Shown: one piece after another, positions 53,495-64,000 of the stretch
How positions within the stretch are numbered: position 1 is the stretch's first letter
Layout: each line of letters opens with the position of its first letter
NCBI GenBank assembly: GCA_050084985.1
Contig: JBITNC010000001.1
Span: 28,086,001 to 28,150,000, forward strand
Reading direction: 5' to 3'
Source: Nageia nagi
Lineage: Eukaryota > Plantae > Pinophyta
DNA length: 64,000 nt
Translations under genes and position numbers: made by a program
Notes under the pieces: model-generated
Databases searched by the model: none
What the model was told of the DNA's origin: nothing
What the model saw: the letters and a program-made list of their open reading frames with translations, nothing else

Positions 53495-56400
53495 TGTTGA
53501 AACACCCTACCAGCGACCCCAACGTCATGACGTTGTAAGGATTGTTCGCCCAATGTGTTTTCTGAATAGGGATAGATATAGAAATAAAGTGCAGTATGCC
53601 TCTTTGGAATCGGCCTCAATGGAATGGAATGAGAGGTATATACTCTGTTAACCAACGATGTTTTATTCTTTGATGTATAGAGTTTGTTCAGAGCTTTTGT
53701 GTGTGGAATTAATGATCATATTTGGTATGAAAGCATAAAGAAAGTGTAAAGGTAATACTGTAAAGAGGTGAAGGAAAACACCTTGGAGAAAGAAAGAATA
53801 CTTGGTCAGATATGAGGTTGAGGTTCCTGATGAAAAAGTGTCTAAGAGTTAATCTCTTTCGGATCGGTTAAGGACTCTTCATCCAATTCATCCAACCTTG
53901 CAAGCAAACAACTTCACATTCTAAATGCTTCAAAGAGAAGCGAGGAGCAACGTCAATTATCAGTTCTCTACGAATAGGACCGATTCAATTGAATGGAAAT
54001 GGAAGGACTCAAAGTGAATGGATCATGGTTTTGGATGAAGGACCTAACAAGATGTCATAGAAGTAGAAACTGACATAGAATACCCAATCAACTTGCATGC
54101 TAAGGACCAAGCAACAAACATAGGTAGGCTTCAAGCACTTCAGAGATAGCTTCCCTAAAGCCCAAGAGCTTTCAAAGAAATAAAACGAAAGTACACAAAC
54201 CCACTATGAGTGCCCTCAAAGAATCAATCCATAGCATCAATATGAGAAGTGTCAAACTCAAGTCTTTGCATTAACCACTTTGTATTTTCTTTGTAAAAGA
54301 GTTACATAAAAGTTTTCACAATTTTTTTCTTTTTACAAAAAATTTGAACTTGTTCTTAAAATTTTCATTCCTTGAAAAGTTTCAAACTTGTACTCTACAT
54401 AAAAGTGACCCCATGGGTTCTATTTATAGAATTTCTAGGGTTTCCAAGTGTTGCCCTAATTCTATAAAAAAATATTAAAATATTACATATTGGCCTCCTA
54501 CGACTAAGTCAGTTGACTTTTAGTGCTTTACTTTTGAGGCTAACTAATCATGAGAGTAGGGTCAATTGAGTTTTGGTGGTCAACTTTCCCGACTAACTAA
54601 TTTACAAAAATTTTAAAAGTGACAAAAATTATGATGGCTGATTTGCAATTTGCACATGCGATGCGATGATGGCCTCGAAGTCCGTGCCCATGAAGATTTC
54701 TCTATTCTTGACTCCAATATTGAGGATCTCCATTATCCCTTCATTTGCCAATAGATATGCAGTAATGGTCTTTGAAGTCTTCTTCATTTCGCTACACCAT
54801 ACTACCATATTGCGACCATATTTGAGTTGTTTGCCTGATTTGAGGACATTAATATCTTCAGCTTCGAGGTAAGTGTTGATCATCAGCTCGACCTCATTTA
54901 TTACTGTGGAATAGTCCCTGCTGCATCCATCTTCCTCGATCAACCTTAGATCAAATTGGTACTCTACTAGCTGTTTCCTTATGTTTGCTTTGAAATTTAT
55001 CCGGACTCGGATGAAATCCTGACACTTTGAAACAATGTAGAACAGCCAATCATACTAGTAAAAGAATTGATGGCAGTTTTCCGGTATTATTAGCATGCTA
55101 ACAGCTTTTCTTCTTAGCTCATGCATCATCTGATAACTATTGCCCCACCTGGTAATCAATTCACGGATCCTGTCTTAAGTGACAAACGATTCATTGTCTT
55201 CAATAAAGAAATTAGTTATTCCTAAGAATAACTTTTGAATAGCCTCTTTGGTCTCGTTAATCCACTCTTGTTTGATCGCTTGAATCTTGGTATTCAACGA
55301 GATCTGTTTCCTGATGTCTTCAACTGTCAAGTTAGTAGCTTGGATATCAACGGTCAACTTCCTCTTTTTAGCCAATTCTCTTTTCAGCTCCCTGAGCTCT
55401 ACCTTCTATGATGTGTTCTCTGTCAGCGCTGCAACATTAGAAACTATTGCATGTTGCTTGGCCAAAGTTCTGATTGCTTTACATGGCTCTTCTCGTGTTT
55501 CCACCGCTAATGCAAATTCTCCATCGGCATTTCTTTCCCTTCCTGCAACAACAGTATCTGTGATGATGGAATTATCCTTCATCGAGATGTAAGTGGCTAC
55601 ATGCTCAAGTTCATTCTTTTTGATTCTTGATCGATTTCAAGGTCAGCACGAGCTTTGGATGGATGATATGCTCTTAAGTTTTTTAAAAGCGCTGCCATGT
55701 CGAAATTGTAACTCAGCCTAGGATTGGCAACTATAGTCACTAGTCTCTTGGATTCCCTTGATGTTCTTCCTCTCTCCTTTTCTTCCTCTAGTATTCATCT
55801 TCACCTTCATCCTCTTCATTTCCTCTATCCCCTCTTGATGAGGAAGCTATTCCCTTGGAGGCCAGGGTCCTTCTTGAAGCAAGTGGTGGAGGTTTTCTCT
55901 AAGGTGTAGGTTTTCTCTGAGGTGGAGGTGTCTTCTTTGGTTGTCGAGGTGTGGAAGCCCGTGTAGATTTAAGTCTTGTTGCTTGAACGAGTTCTTCAAT
56001 GGTAAGAGGACTTATGGCCGGTATCTCTTTGACTGATGAATCCGATTCATTGCCTGAGATGTAACGTATTTCAGATATCTAGCCATCTTCTAAAGGTTCT
56101 CTCAAGAGGTCTCCTTCATCAATCTCATATTCATCCTCCCTGTCACTAGAAGGAGAAGCAGAAGAACTAGGGCTAGAATAATATAATTGTCCATCTCGGG
56201 ATGGACCTCTGGGAGGGACTTCCACCAACTTTTTTAAGCATTTGTATGGGTGCGAAGTGCTTCCAGTCTCTTTAGTGCTTCTTATTTCTTGCGATAATCC
56301 TTGTATGGTCTGATCAATAGTTTGCCCTGGTTGAACAATGAGTGTGGCATATTGACCAGACTGCCCCTAGGTCAATTTCACTAAAGGTGAAATTGGTGGC

Positions 56401-59230
56401 AGTTCACACGGAATTGGAGGATTCTTTTTAAGAATTATCAAAGGATGTATCCTGGCTACTGCATTCTCCTCTTGCAGACCTCTTTTCTTCTTCTTCTTGG
56501 TCAAGGTCTGCTTGAGCTTCTCTTCTGCCGCTAAGTCCCTGTTTATCTTGCTAATTTGCTTCATGTCATCTATATTTCTGTACCTTTCGAGCTTTCCTAG
56601 GTACTTGTGAGGGTAATTGGTTTGCTATATTTTCTTTTAGAATGCACCGATTACCCCTTCAGGATCATAGTACTCTACTACATGTTCTACTGTGAAGCAG
56701 TAATATGCCAGGTCCATATTCATCGTCTTGACTTGACACCATGACGTGCATTTGTACTCCCCTATGCGGATAGGTAATTTGCATGTGGTGGCACCTTTCT
56801 TGCACCAGACTTTCTAGTGTAAGTACAAGTGTCTGCAAAATTCCATCAGAATGAACCGATCACTTGCATAATGAGGAAGTTTGTACGGTGGCTCAATTGA
56901 CCCGTAAACCCTGATATATGTGGCATCTATTTCTTCGAGATAAAAATATGCATGTCCTCGAAGAACTTTGATTGCCGCTTGTGATATCCTGGTCATATTG
57001 ACGGTCCCCTTTACCTCTGCATATATACGGCACTCGTATCCTTCATTCATCATTTTGAATTCGTCCCACCGGTTTTCCAACATGAATCTAGAGTAACTCC
57101 ACCATACTGGCATTTCTAGGTCAAAGAGGTACTTGGTATCTGCTATGGCGGATTTTCTATTCTTGCCATGTAGAAGCAGGAATACCAAGTAAGTGCTCAT
57201 GTAGAATCTTTTTGTTTCTACAATTCTCGACAACTATTGAGCTAAGCAATCGCTGATCACCTTACTCCATCCAATCCCTTTGCCTCTGCTGATCTGATGT
57301 ATGAAGCCCATGAACTCCTTTCTGAATCTTTGATCATTTTCTTGTCCCGTGATACTGCACAGCATACTGATAATGGTCGAGACTATAGGATAGAATTCTA
57401 TCCTTCTGGGTTGACTTAAGGCCTTTACCTTGTAATCTTTGCACTCATCAACTAACCAATATCTTATCAAGTTCCCCGACTTGGTAAGGCTGTTATAGAA
57501 TCTGATGGACTCTTTCATGGAGAATATGATGCCTTTGTTACTCCATGCAAATGCGCTCTCTATTCTTTCCATTGTGAAATCTAGTACCTTTGTGCCTTCA
57601 TTGTCGAGGAAGACTCTCCTTTGTGTCCCAATATCATGCTACCTCAAGGTACAATTCTGGGAATGGAGCGGTAAAAGGGATCAAAGAAGCTTCAACGATC
57701 CTGCATTGAGCAAGTGTATCGTTGGACAATCGTTTGTGTGGGATCTTGGCCATCTTCTCTAATGACTTTACAAGGTCAATGTTTGCCAAATCTGTGTTCC
57801 TAATTTGTCCAAGGCCATCTACTAGCATTGTTGTAGGGAAAAGAGCCTTCCCTCATTTTTCCAAGGTGATCAAGCTAGTCTTCATGAGCTTCTCCATCTG
57901 GAGCTCTTTGTTTTTCTTATCAATGCTCATGATTCAAACCTATGCAGTACAACAAGGTCTTAGGAGTGGTATTGAATATCTCTGGAGCGATTATGGAGCA
58001 AAAAAGAGAGTCAAATTTTTGGCTTATTTTTGGGTTTTTTCAGAAGCTAAGTGTGGATTTTAGTGAATTTTTAAGTTCGTCGAAATTGGGAAACAAGTAC
58101 ATGGGGTGTTGGCAAATAAAATTAGGAGGCTTGTGGCCAAGTCTTGAAGAAATATTTCGAGTTTTCAAGGTACGAATTAACTCGCTGTTTTCTTAGCCCA
58201 TGTATTTGTTTTTAACAGGTTTTTGCAACTTCGAAGCTTGGAAAGATAGGGATCTAAAATGGGTTCTCAAGCTTCGTTTTTGGGAAGTGAATGATGGAGG
58301 CTACTCTCCTATATGCAATCTATCATTTTGGTATTCACTTCGAAGTTTGGATCTCTCACAATTTTGGAATTTTTTGGCCTTCAAAAAGTGTTTTTTTGTG
58401 TTTTTTCACTTTTTTTCAAAAAGCTTGAAAATGGTGAAAATGGTCAAAAGATAGGGGTGGTCCGAAATTTTGAAAATTTTTAAAAAATGGATTTGACCTA
58501 ATAGGTGGATGGAGGATGGAATTCTAAGATCCTAGAAAAATTTTGATAAGGTTTTGGCTTATTTTGGATCTTGTGAGCAATTTTGTGAGGTTTGTGAGGA
58601 TTTTCCTCAAAAATGGGTGCATGGAGGATCAAGGAGAGTGTTTGCGAAGCAAATGAGAGGCTTAAGGGGGTATTTATAGGTTTTTTGTGCCTTTTGCATG
58701 CTCTTTAGTGGGTTTTTGATCTAAAAAGTGCTCTAGGGGTGCATTTTGCATAGTTTTTAAGTTTTTGGAGCCTTTAAACACTCCATAGGATTGCAAACCT
58801 ATGCCTAGCTTTTTGAGGCATTTCCTTGGGTCAAAATGGAAAATTTCAAAGTTTAAATGTGATTCAAATCACTTCCTTCATCCATATATGTGCCCAAAAT
58901 CGAATTTTGATGACTTTTGGGCTTTCTCCTTGTATCTAGGCACCATTTTTCACTTTTTTGGGTTCTCCAATAGCTTGGAAACCTGCGCTTGACCTTTCCG
59001 GGCATTTCTAGAGCAAAATTTCGAAAATTTGTAAGTTTAAACATGCTTGGAATGCCCTTTTCCATGCAACCATGTGAAAAATTTTGAAATTTTTGAAACA
59101 TTTTCACTCGTCTTCATGCTAGGCGCTAATTTTCACTTTGTTGGTTTTAGAAAAATCAACAAACCTGCGCCTAGGATTTTGGGCACTTCTCTTGCTCAAA
59201 TTCTTCAAATCCAAGATATGCAACACCTCA
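53495..59230 (-). mobile_element. Giant LTR (copy 3) with U3 accessory gene; U3 start truncated
   Basis: R/U5 homologous to 13200-14330, retro-TATA signature at 54421, ORF remnant 54629-57930, second TATA at 58671 and CTAGGCG motif pairs. Boundaries approximate. Confidence 0.72.
54629..57930 (-). pseudogene. LTR accessory gene, copy 3 (best preserved, about 1,100 codons)
   Basis: IRNTDLANID...WSKVISDCL...FYMSTYLVFLLLHGKNRKSA...TYIRVYGSIEPPYKLPHYASDRFILMEFCR; basic KKKKKRG segment; helical tail. Putative acceptor tgcatag| lies 9 nt before the ATG at 57930. Confidence 0.82.
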
Positions 59231-59234
59231 CTAA

Positions 59235-59569
59235 GGGAGACTAATATTGCATTTACAATTATAATTTGCCTTGGTATTTCAATTACAACAATATTTTGGC
59301 ATCCTTAAGTGATACATGAAAATTACAAATATTTTGCTAATAAAAATTAGAAATAATGACTCATAAACTCCAATGTCCCATGTTGGAGAGCCTCAAAGTG
59401 GGATTAAACATAGGAAAATCCCATAATTAATGCCAGAATTACTAAAATATTCTCAAATTACTCTAAAACTACTAAAATACTCCTAAATGACTTAAAGAGC
59501 ACAATGAGGGTACATGTCCCACTTCCTTTTGCCAGAGTGAGTGAGATGCCAAAATTTGGGCATATTACA
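59235..59569 (-). mobile_element. LTR terminal fragment homologous to 18300..18610
   Basis: Shares gagactaatattgcatttaca...catgttggagagcctc...gagtgagtgaga...tttggg.atatta.a. Confidence 0.8.
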
Positions 59570-60199
59570 AACAACAAAACCTTGAGCAAAGAGCATAATG
59601 GTTTTTCATGTGCAAAAGCACAAATCACCATAGTGATAGAGATAACCGCTTGATTAAAAATGTTCGAACTCATTTTACTCCCCATGATATTACACAACCA
59701 AATTCAGAAACTTGCTACAAATATCATTTTGAAGTATCAGCTTCAAAAAGCTAGTACAACTATGAAATAGTTATCAACTTTCCAACTGTCATGATTTATG
59801 AAGTGATGAAAAGGAATACAATACTCGTAGAATTTTGAGGTAATTTTCCTCAGGTTCACAACAAAATCAAATTCAGAAGGTTCACCTACTACCTTCTTCA
59901 CCTCCAACATGAAATCATTCAAACAGGCCATTGAAGGGTCACTGTAGACTTCTATATCAAGTACCTCAATTTCATCATATTTCCTACAGTAGGAGGCTCT
60001 CAGTGCCCTTCAAATCCTGATAGTCAAGGGATATGCTATACTTTGGTGTAGAAGGAAAGATGAAAGAAACATGGATTACTGTACTGCTTCAGTTCTAAAG
60101 CATCATCAAGACTTGGATGGTAGGGGAGTGTCCGGAGAACACTCCTTATGCCCTTCCATGATCACCCACCACATCAACTTAGTCAAGACTCCAGGCTAT

Positions 60200-60912
60200 T
60201 ATCAAATCTCATTTTGACTCTTTCATGGTGATAGGTGATGTCTATCTTTCTAATGTGCATTCTGATATAGATTGTGCTACCTTCTGTATATAACCATTGT
60301 AGTCATTAGATTTGATCTTCTTTACCATTATCTATGGCATGGGGTCTTTCTTTCCAAAGGTTATATGTAATATCTGTAATGACATCATCTTCTATTGATG
60401 TGGTTATCATTTACCAGTTTAGAGTTCAATCAGGTAGTTTGATTCCTTTGTCGATATAATTTTTCTGTTGTGGCCATCTTTTGCCCACAACCATGGTTGC
60501 TATCAACTTAATCTCTTTTTCTGTCTTCTCTCACGATGGGCCTTTCTTTTATTATTTATTTGCACCATCTGACTACTTCATGTTCTCTTTTCTAACACAT
60601 TTAAGATTCAAAAGTCTAAGGTTCAACTTCCTAGTTACATACATTTATTATTGTTATTTTAGTTTTAGATAGAGCATTTCTTTCAGGAATTACATCGTAT
60701 ATGATTGTACCCACTCTCATTGATCTACTTTGACAATCCCATGAACATCAATATAATCTTTCTTTATCTCTACTGAAATACTAGCGCCTCTTTTAGATAT
60801 TGGAGCCCTTCACTGTCGGTTTCCCATGCTATTTTTATTGGCTATAATTTCAGGTTCCCTGATCTGCTTTGGTCGTTGGTGGACATTAATATAATTTCCT
60901 TATTTCTTATTT
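60200..60912 (+). mobile_element. Old LINE 3' fragments (two adjacent 3' ends)
   Basis: gaacatcaatataatctttcttt (about 60743) and ggacattaatataatttccttatttctt (60881) match the tail of the 43939 LINE. Left boundary approximate. Confidence 0.55.
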
Positions 60913-61106
60913 GAAACATTTTTATATTTATGTAGCATTTTCAAATTTCCTCACCTTCCAGTTCCCAAAAATACCCAACTTTGCTTAGCCCTCTTCGCCA
61001 AAAACAAAACTTTTCAAGTCCACTATGCCAGATGATTAAAAAAGGTTCAAATGTTCGCAAATCATATGAACACCATACAAAGTGAAATAACACATTATAT
61101 TTGTAT

Positions 61107-61128
61107 TATATATATATATATATATATA
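61107..61128. repeat. (TA)11 microsatellite
   Basis: Seen directly. Confidence 0.9.
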
Positions 61129-61200
61129 TTGTATTATAACAAGAAGTAGGGAGATATTCAAGTGATGCCTGTGCCAAAACTAGAACGTGAAGAATTGCAC

Positions 61201-61723
61201 CTTGAAACATTGAGAGGTAATATCAAATGACCCTGTCAATTGAGGTGCCACTAGAAGCTGATTCAGTTTTATTCCAGATAACAACACATCTCCGACAAGT
61301 CTCGATGCTTTGATACCATCACATTCAACATAGCTGGAGTCTTCCTCTTGGGCAGTAACTTTCTCATCAACTGATCTAGATTTTACTACACGCCCTTGAA
61401 ATTTGGTCTTACCAGACAGTTTCATATGCATAGACTTTGGAGAACCGATGGAGCCAAAATAACTTAAACCAAGTATATCAAAACCTCGCAAACGTAAGTC
61501 GGCATCAAAACCCAGGATATCTGGTGCAACTGCAACAACAGGGTCTGAATTCTTTCTTGTTAAACAATGTAGATGAGGATATGCAATTTGAATTTTTGTC
61601 AGAAGGTCAAATGCAATAGAAGAAGCATTGATTGTAATAGCTTCATCAGAAATAAATATGTCACCACGTGCATCAGTGAAAGAACCTTCAGCTTTCGTTG
61701 CTGCCCATTTAATGTCATATCTC
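61201..61723 (-). CDS. TIC236: TIC236 internal exon D (RYDIKWAATKAEGSFTDARGDI...KLNQLLVAPQLTGSFDITSQCFK)
   Basis: Matches TIC236 RFDIKWAAPKADGSLTDARGDI...LKLNQLILAPQLSG. Acceptor ttgcag|G, donor AAG|gtgcaa, 523 nt (1 nt + 174 codons). Confidence 0.95.
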
Positions 61724-61886
61724 CTGCAATAAATACTAATATATGAATAATGCAAGAAAATAATGGAATGACAACGGTATACACAAAAACAATTCTATGA
61801 TTGTAGCATAAATATTGGACAGGTCAACTCAATGATGGAAATTTCTAACTTCCTGAGGAAATTACATTTCAAGGAATGTCGCTTAC

Positions 61887-62044
61887 GGTCTCAATATGGA
61901 ACCAAATACTTTGTTGTCGACATTTATATCACTAAGTTTGACAGGCATTACTTGGATCCCATCAGGGACATAATGGCGAACCACATTGTCAAAATGCACA
62001 TATCCAGAAAAATTTAAATCAACAGCATTGTCATCCATCTCACC
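61887..62044 (-). CDS. TIC236: TIC236 internal exon C (GEMDDNAVDLNFSGYVHFDNVVRHYVPDGIQVMPVKLSDINVDNKVFGSILRP); absent from the ORF track
   Basis: Hand translation matches TIC236 GEVDDTALDVNFSGNISFDKVLHRY...LSGALLKP. Acceptor aacag|GGT, donor CC|gtaagc (phase 2) joins G of the next exon to give Pro. Confidence 0.92.
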
Positions 62045-62585
62045 CTGTTTAAAAATCATCATAATTTATAGATCAGTACATGAACATCAAAAATAGAAGC
62101 ATATTATCAGGTACAGTTTATTATGTGTGCCACTGCCAATCTTAAAGTGGAAGAACGTCAATAAAACTCAGACCTAGAAAGCCATTTTAAGGATGAAATA
62201 AACCTATTTAAAGTTCTTATCTGTGTTTTCAACTGAACATGACAGACACACAATGTCATCTACTGGTGCTAGATTAACTCAAAGGCAAGGCCAGGGTGCA
62301 GACGAAAAAGAATGGTTTTTTGGATGGACTTCAAAAACCAATAAAACTTTATGGATTGATCATGGAGGTTGGGCAGCAATTATGCACCAGACATAATTAT
62401 AAAGTTTTTATATTTCAGTTTGTTTGAATTACCTATAAAACTATCTCCTAGAAAATTGATTTTCAATAAAAAAATGATAATCATGATCAAGGCTTTGCTT
62501 TGATCATATATTGCACACCATTCAGTAATATACATAATACTTGTTCTTGTCATATCAAAAAGAACAAGAATAAACTACTGAATAC

Positions 62586-62669
62586 CTCTTCACAAATCCA
62601 AGCATTTCCAGCACCACGTATTTCACCACCATCTACAAGGGTTGCCCGAATGCCATACAAGTCTGCCAT
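62586..62669 (-). CDS. TIC236: TIC236 internal exon B (MADLYGIRATLVDGGEIRGAGNAWICEE)
   Basis: Near-identical to TIC236 VADLYGIRATLVDGGEIRGAGNAWICPE. Acceptor ttgcag|ATG, donor GAG|gtatt, 84 nt. Confidence 0.95.
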
Positions 62670-62946
62670 CTGCAAATCAGTTGTCAATTGCACACCAATA
62701 TCGTGTAAGTTATGTTGTTTCCCTGTCAAATAACATACCGCTTCATACAAAATTAATGAAACTTCAGCTTGAACATTAAACAAACCTTCATCTATTAGCA
62801 TTTATTTGAATAAACGAAAATGTCAAGAGTCAATTTTCACAAAAAAATGATAATTTACATGAAACAAATGCATTATACGTCCTACATGGCCCCATTCAAC
62901 AGCTTCTGGAGAGACGCATTTTCATAAAGATATTCTGGAAACTCAC

Positions 62947-63174
62947 ACAATTATCCGTGTTAAAAGTGAAATTGCCCGATACATATGAAAGTGGCACACG
63001 ATCAAAAGCTGCTACTGCCCCAATATCCTTATTTTGTCTGACCGATTCATATGCAACAGAGATGGGCATATATAAGCAATCATCACTCTTCTTTGAAATT
63101 ACAGCACTGCCTACTAATACAGGAGCATCCAATGGACCTTGACAGTTGAAGACCGCACTCAATGAACCAGCTAT
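62947..63174 (-). CDS. TIC236: TIC236/EMB2410 internal exon A (76 codons, IAGSLSAVFNCQGPLDAP...NFTFNTDNC)
   Basis: Peptide matches recalled Arabidopsis TIC236 (LAGSVTAVFNCQGPLDAPVFVGS...AVAAFDRVPFSYLSANFTFNTDNC). Acceptor tgcag|ATA, donor TGT|gtgagt, phase 0/0. Confidence 0.95.
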
Positions 63175-63282
63175 CTGCATTTGACAAACATCCAAAGTGA
63201 AATATATGAGAAAATATTATTTTCCTCTAATGTTTATGATACAAGTATATAAAAAGATTAGTGCATGCCTTATTTTGAAAAC

Positions 63283-63366
63283 TACCATGTGGGCCAAGTT
63301 TTCAACATGTGGTAAGATGAATTTACCACGTGGCCAAGTTTTCAACATGTAAGATGAATTTACCAC
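63283..63366. repeat. Tandem duplication of about 40 bp
   Basis: tacca.gtggccaagttttcaacatg(tg)taagatgaatt occurs twice. Confidence 0.85.
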
Positions 63367-63567
63367 TTTGGCTACCCAAATGCAAGTTACAAGACTTCAA
63401 CTGTACCTATGGTGATAATTCAACGATGGATGCATGCACACATACAATGTGCATCCTTTTATCTTATGGCTGAGGATAAAATGTCCTAAACAATTGTCTC
63501 ATGATTATTTGCAAACTTGACAGCATGTTTAATGCATCGACACCTAAATCACATTAGCCCTTGCAAC

Positions 63568-63938
63568 ATATTAATGTTAAAAGTCAACCATTTGTTAGCA
63601 TCCACATAGCAGCGCTACCACAGAGTCGACTAGGAGGGCCAGCAAGACCCCACCAGACCTCACAAACAGAGTGTCCCCATGCTCCGCCCCAAAGAGGCCA
63701 GGGGAGGGTTCAGTTTTTGCCCGCCACAGTGCTTGATATACTTGAACGTACATTTTCTTTTTAGGGTTTCGGCCCCCCTCTTTATACTCACTTTGGTTGT
63801 AATTGCTTATTTTCCTGCTTTGTTTTTTTTATGACAGCCCCTTCTAAGGGCCCCACTTGCTTTTATTTCATGCTTGCACTCTCTAATCCCATTGAGCATT
63901 TTTGGTCACCCACGGACATTAATATATTTTCTTTCTTT
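63568..63938 (+). mobile_element. Short retroposon (5'-truncated LINE or SINE-like) sharing the LINE 3' end
   Basis: Last 110 bp align with the 3' end of the 43939 LINE (gccc..taaggg...cccattga...tttttggtcaccc..ggacattaatata..ttctttctttc). Candidate 8-bp TSD CTTGCAAC at 63560-63567 and 63939-63946. Confidence 0.65.
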
Positions 63939-64000
63939 CTTGCAACTTTTTCTGTATCCAGGCACTTCTTTTTGAGTCCTACTGACCAAATTTAGTCGCT

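Noticed and set aside
61180-63195. Treating ORF-track entries as single-exon genes, or the locus as plastid ycf/NUPT or bacterial tamB
   Set aside because: ORF ends run into intron sequence; spliceosomal GT-AG introns and plant TEs show a nuclear gene.

Overview
Eukaryotic nuclear DNA, AT-rich and depleted in CpG. It is most likely from a large-genome seed plant such as a conifer; this is inferred from intron size and repeat style and is not proven. The whole window lies inside one minus-strand host gene, TIC236/EMB2410 (TamB-like chloroplast inner-envelope protein). I traced 8 consecutive internal coding exons (1,635 nt, 545 codons), all GT-AG and phase-compatible. The introns include ones of 11.8, 7.4, 30.4 and >10.8 kb that are packed with nested retroelements. 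Most notable: (1) A family of giant Ty3/Gypsy LTRs (up to about 7 kb, 4-6 diverged copies) whose U3 region carries its own gene of roughly 1,000-1,150 codons with no recognisable domain. Upstream of that gene are arrays of inverted half-sites at fixed, subfamily-specific spacing (32, 34 or 35 bp), suggesting an LTR-encoded DNA-binding or anti-silencing factor with its cognate sites. (2) A young, structurally complete LTR element (854-bp LTRs about 98% identical, PBS, PPT, CTCTT TSD) with no recognisable RT, RNaseH or integrase, yet a 1,052-codon frame broken by a single TAG. (3) APE-RT LINEs with (TTTC)n tails and an RTEX-like C-terminus. No rRNA, tRNA or CRISPR was found. TE boundaries marked approximate were placed by eye.
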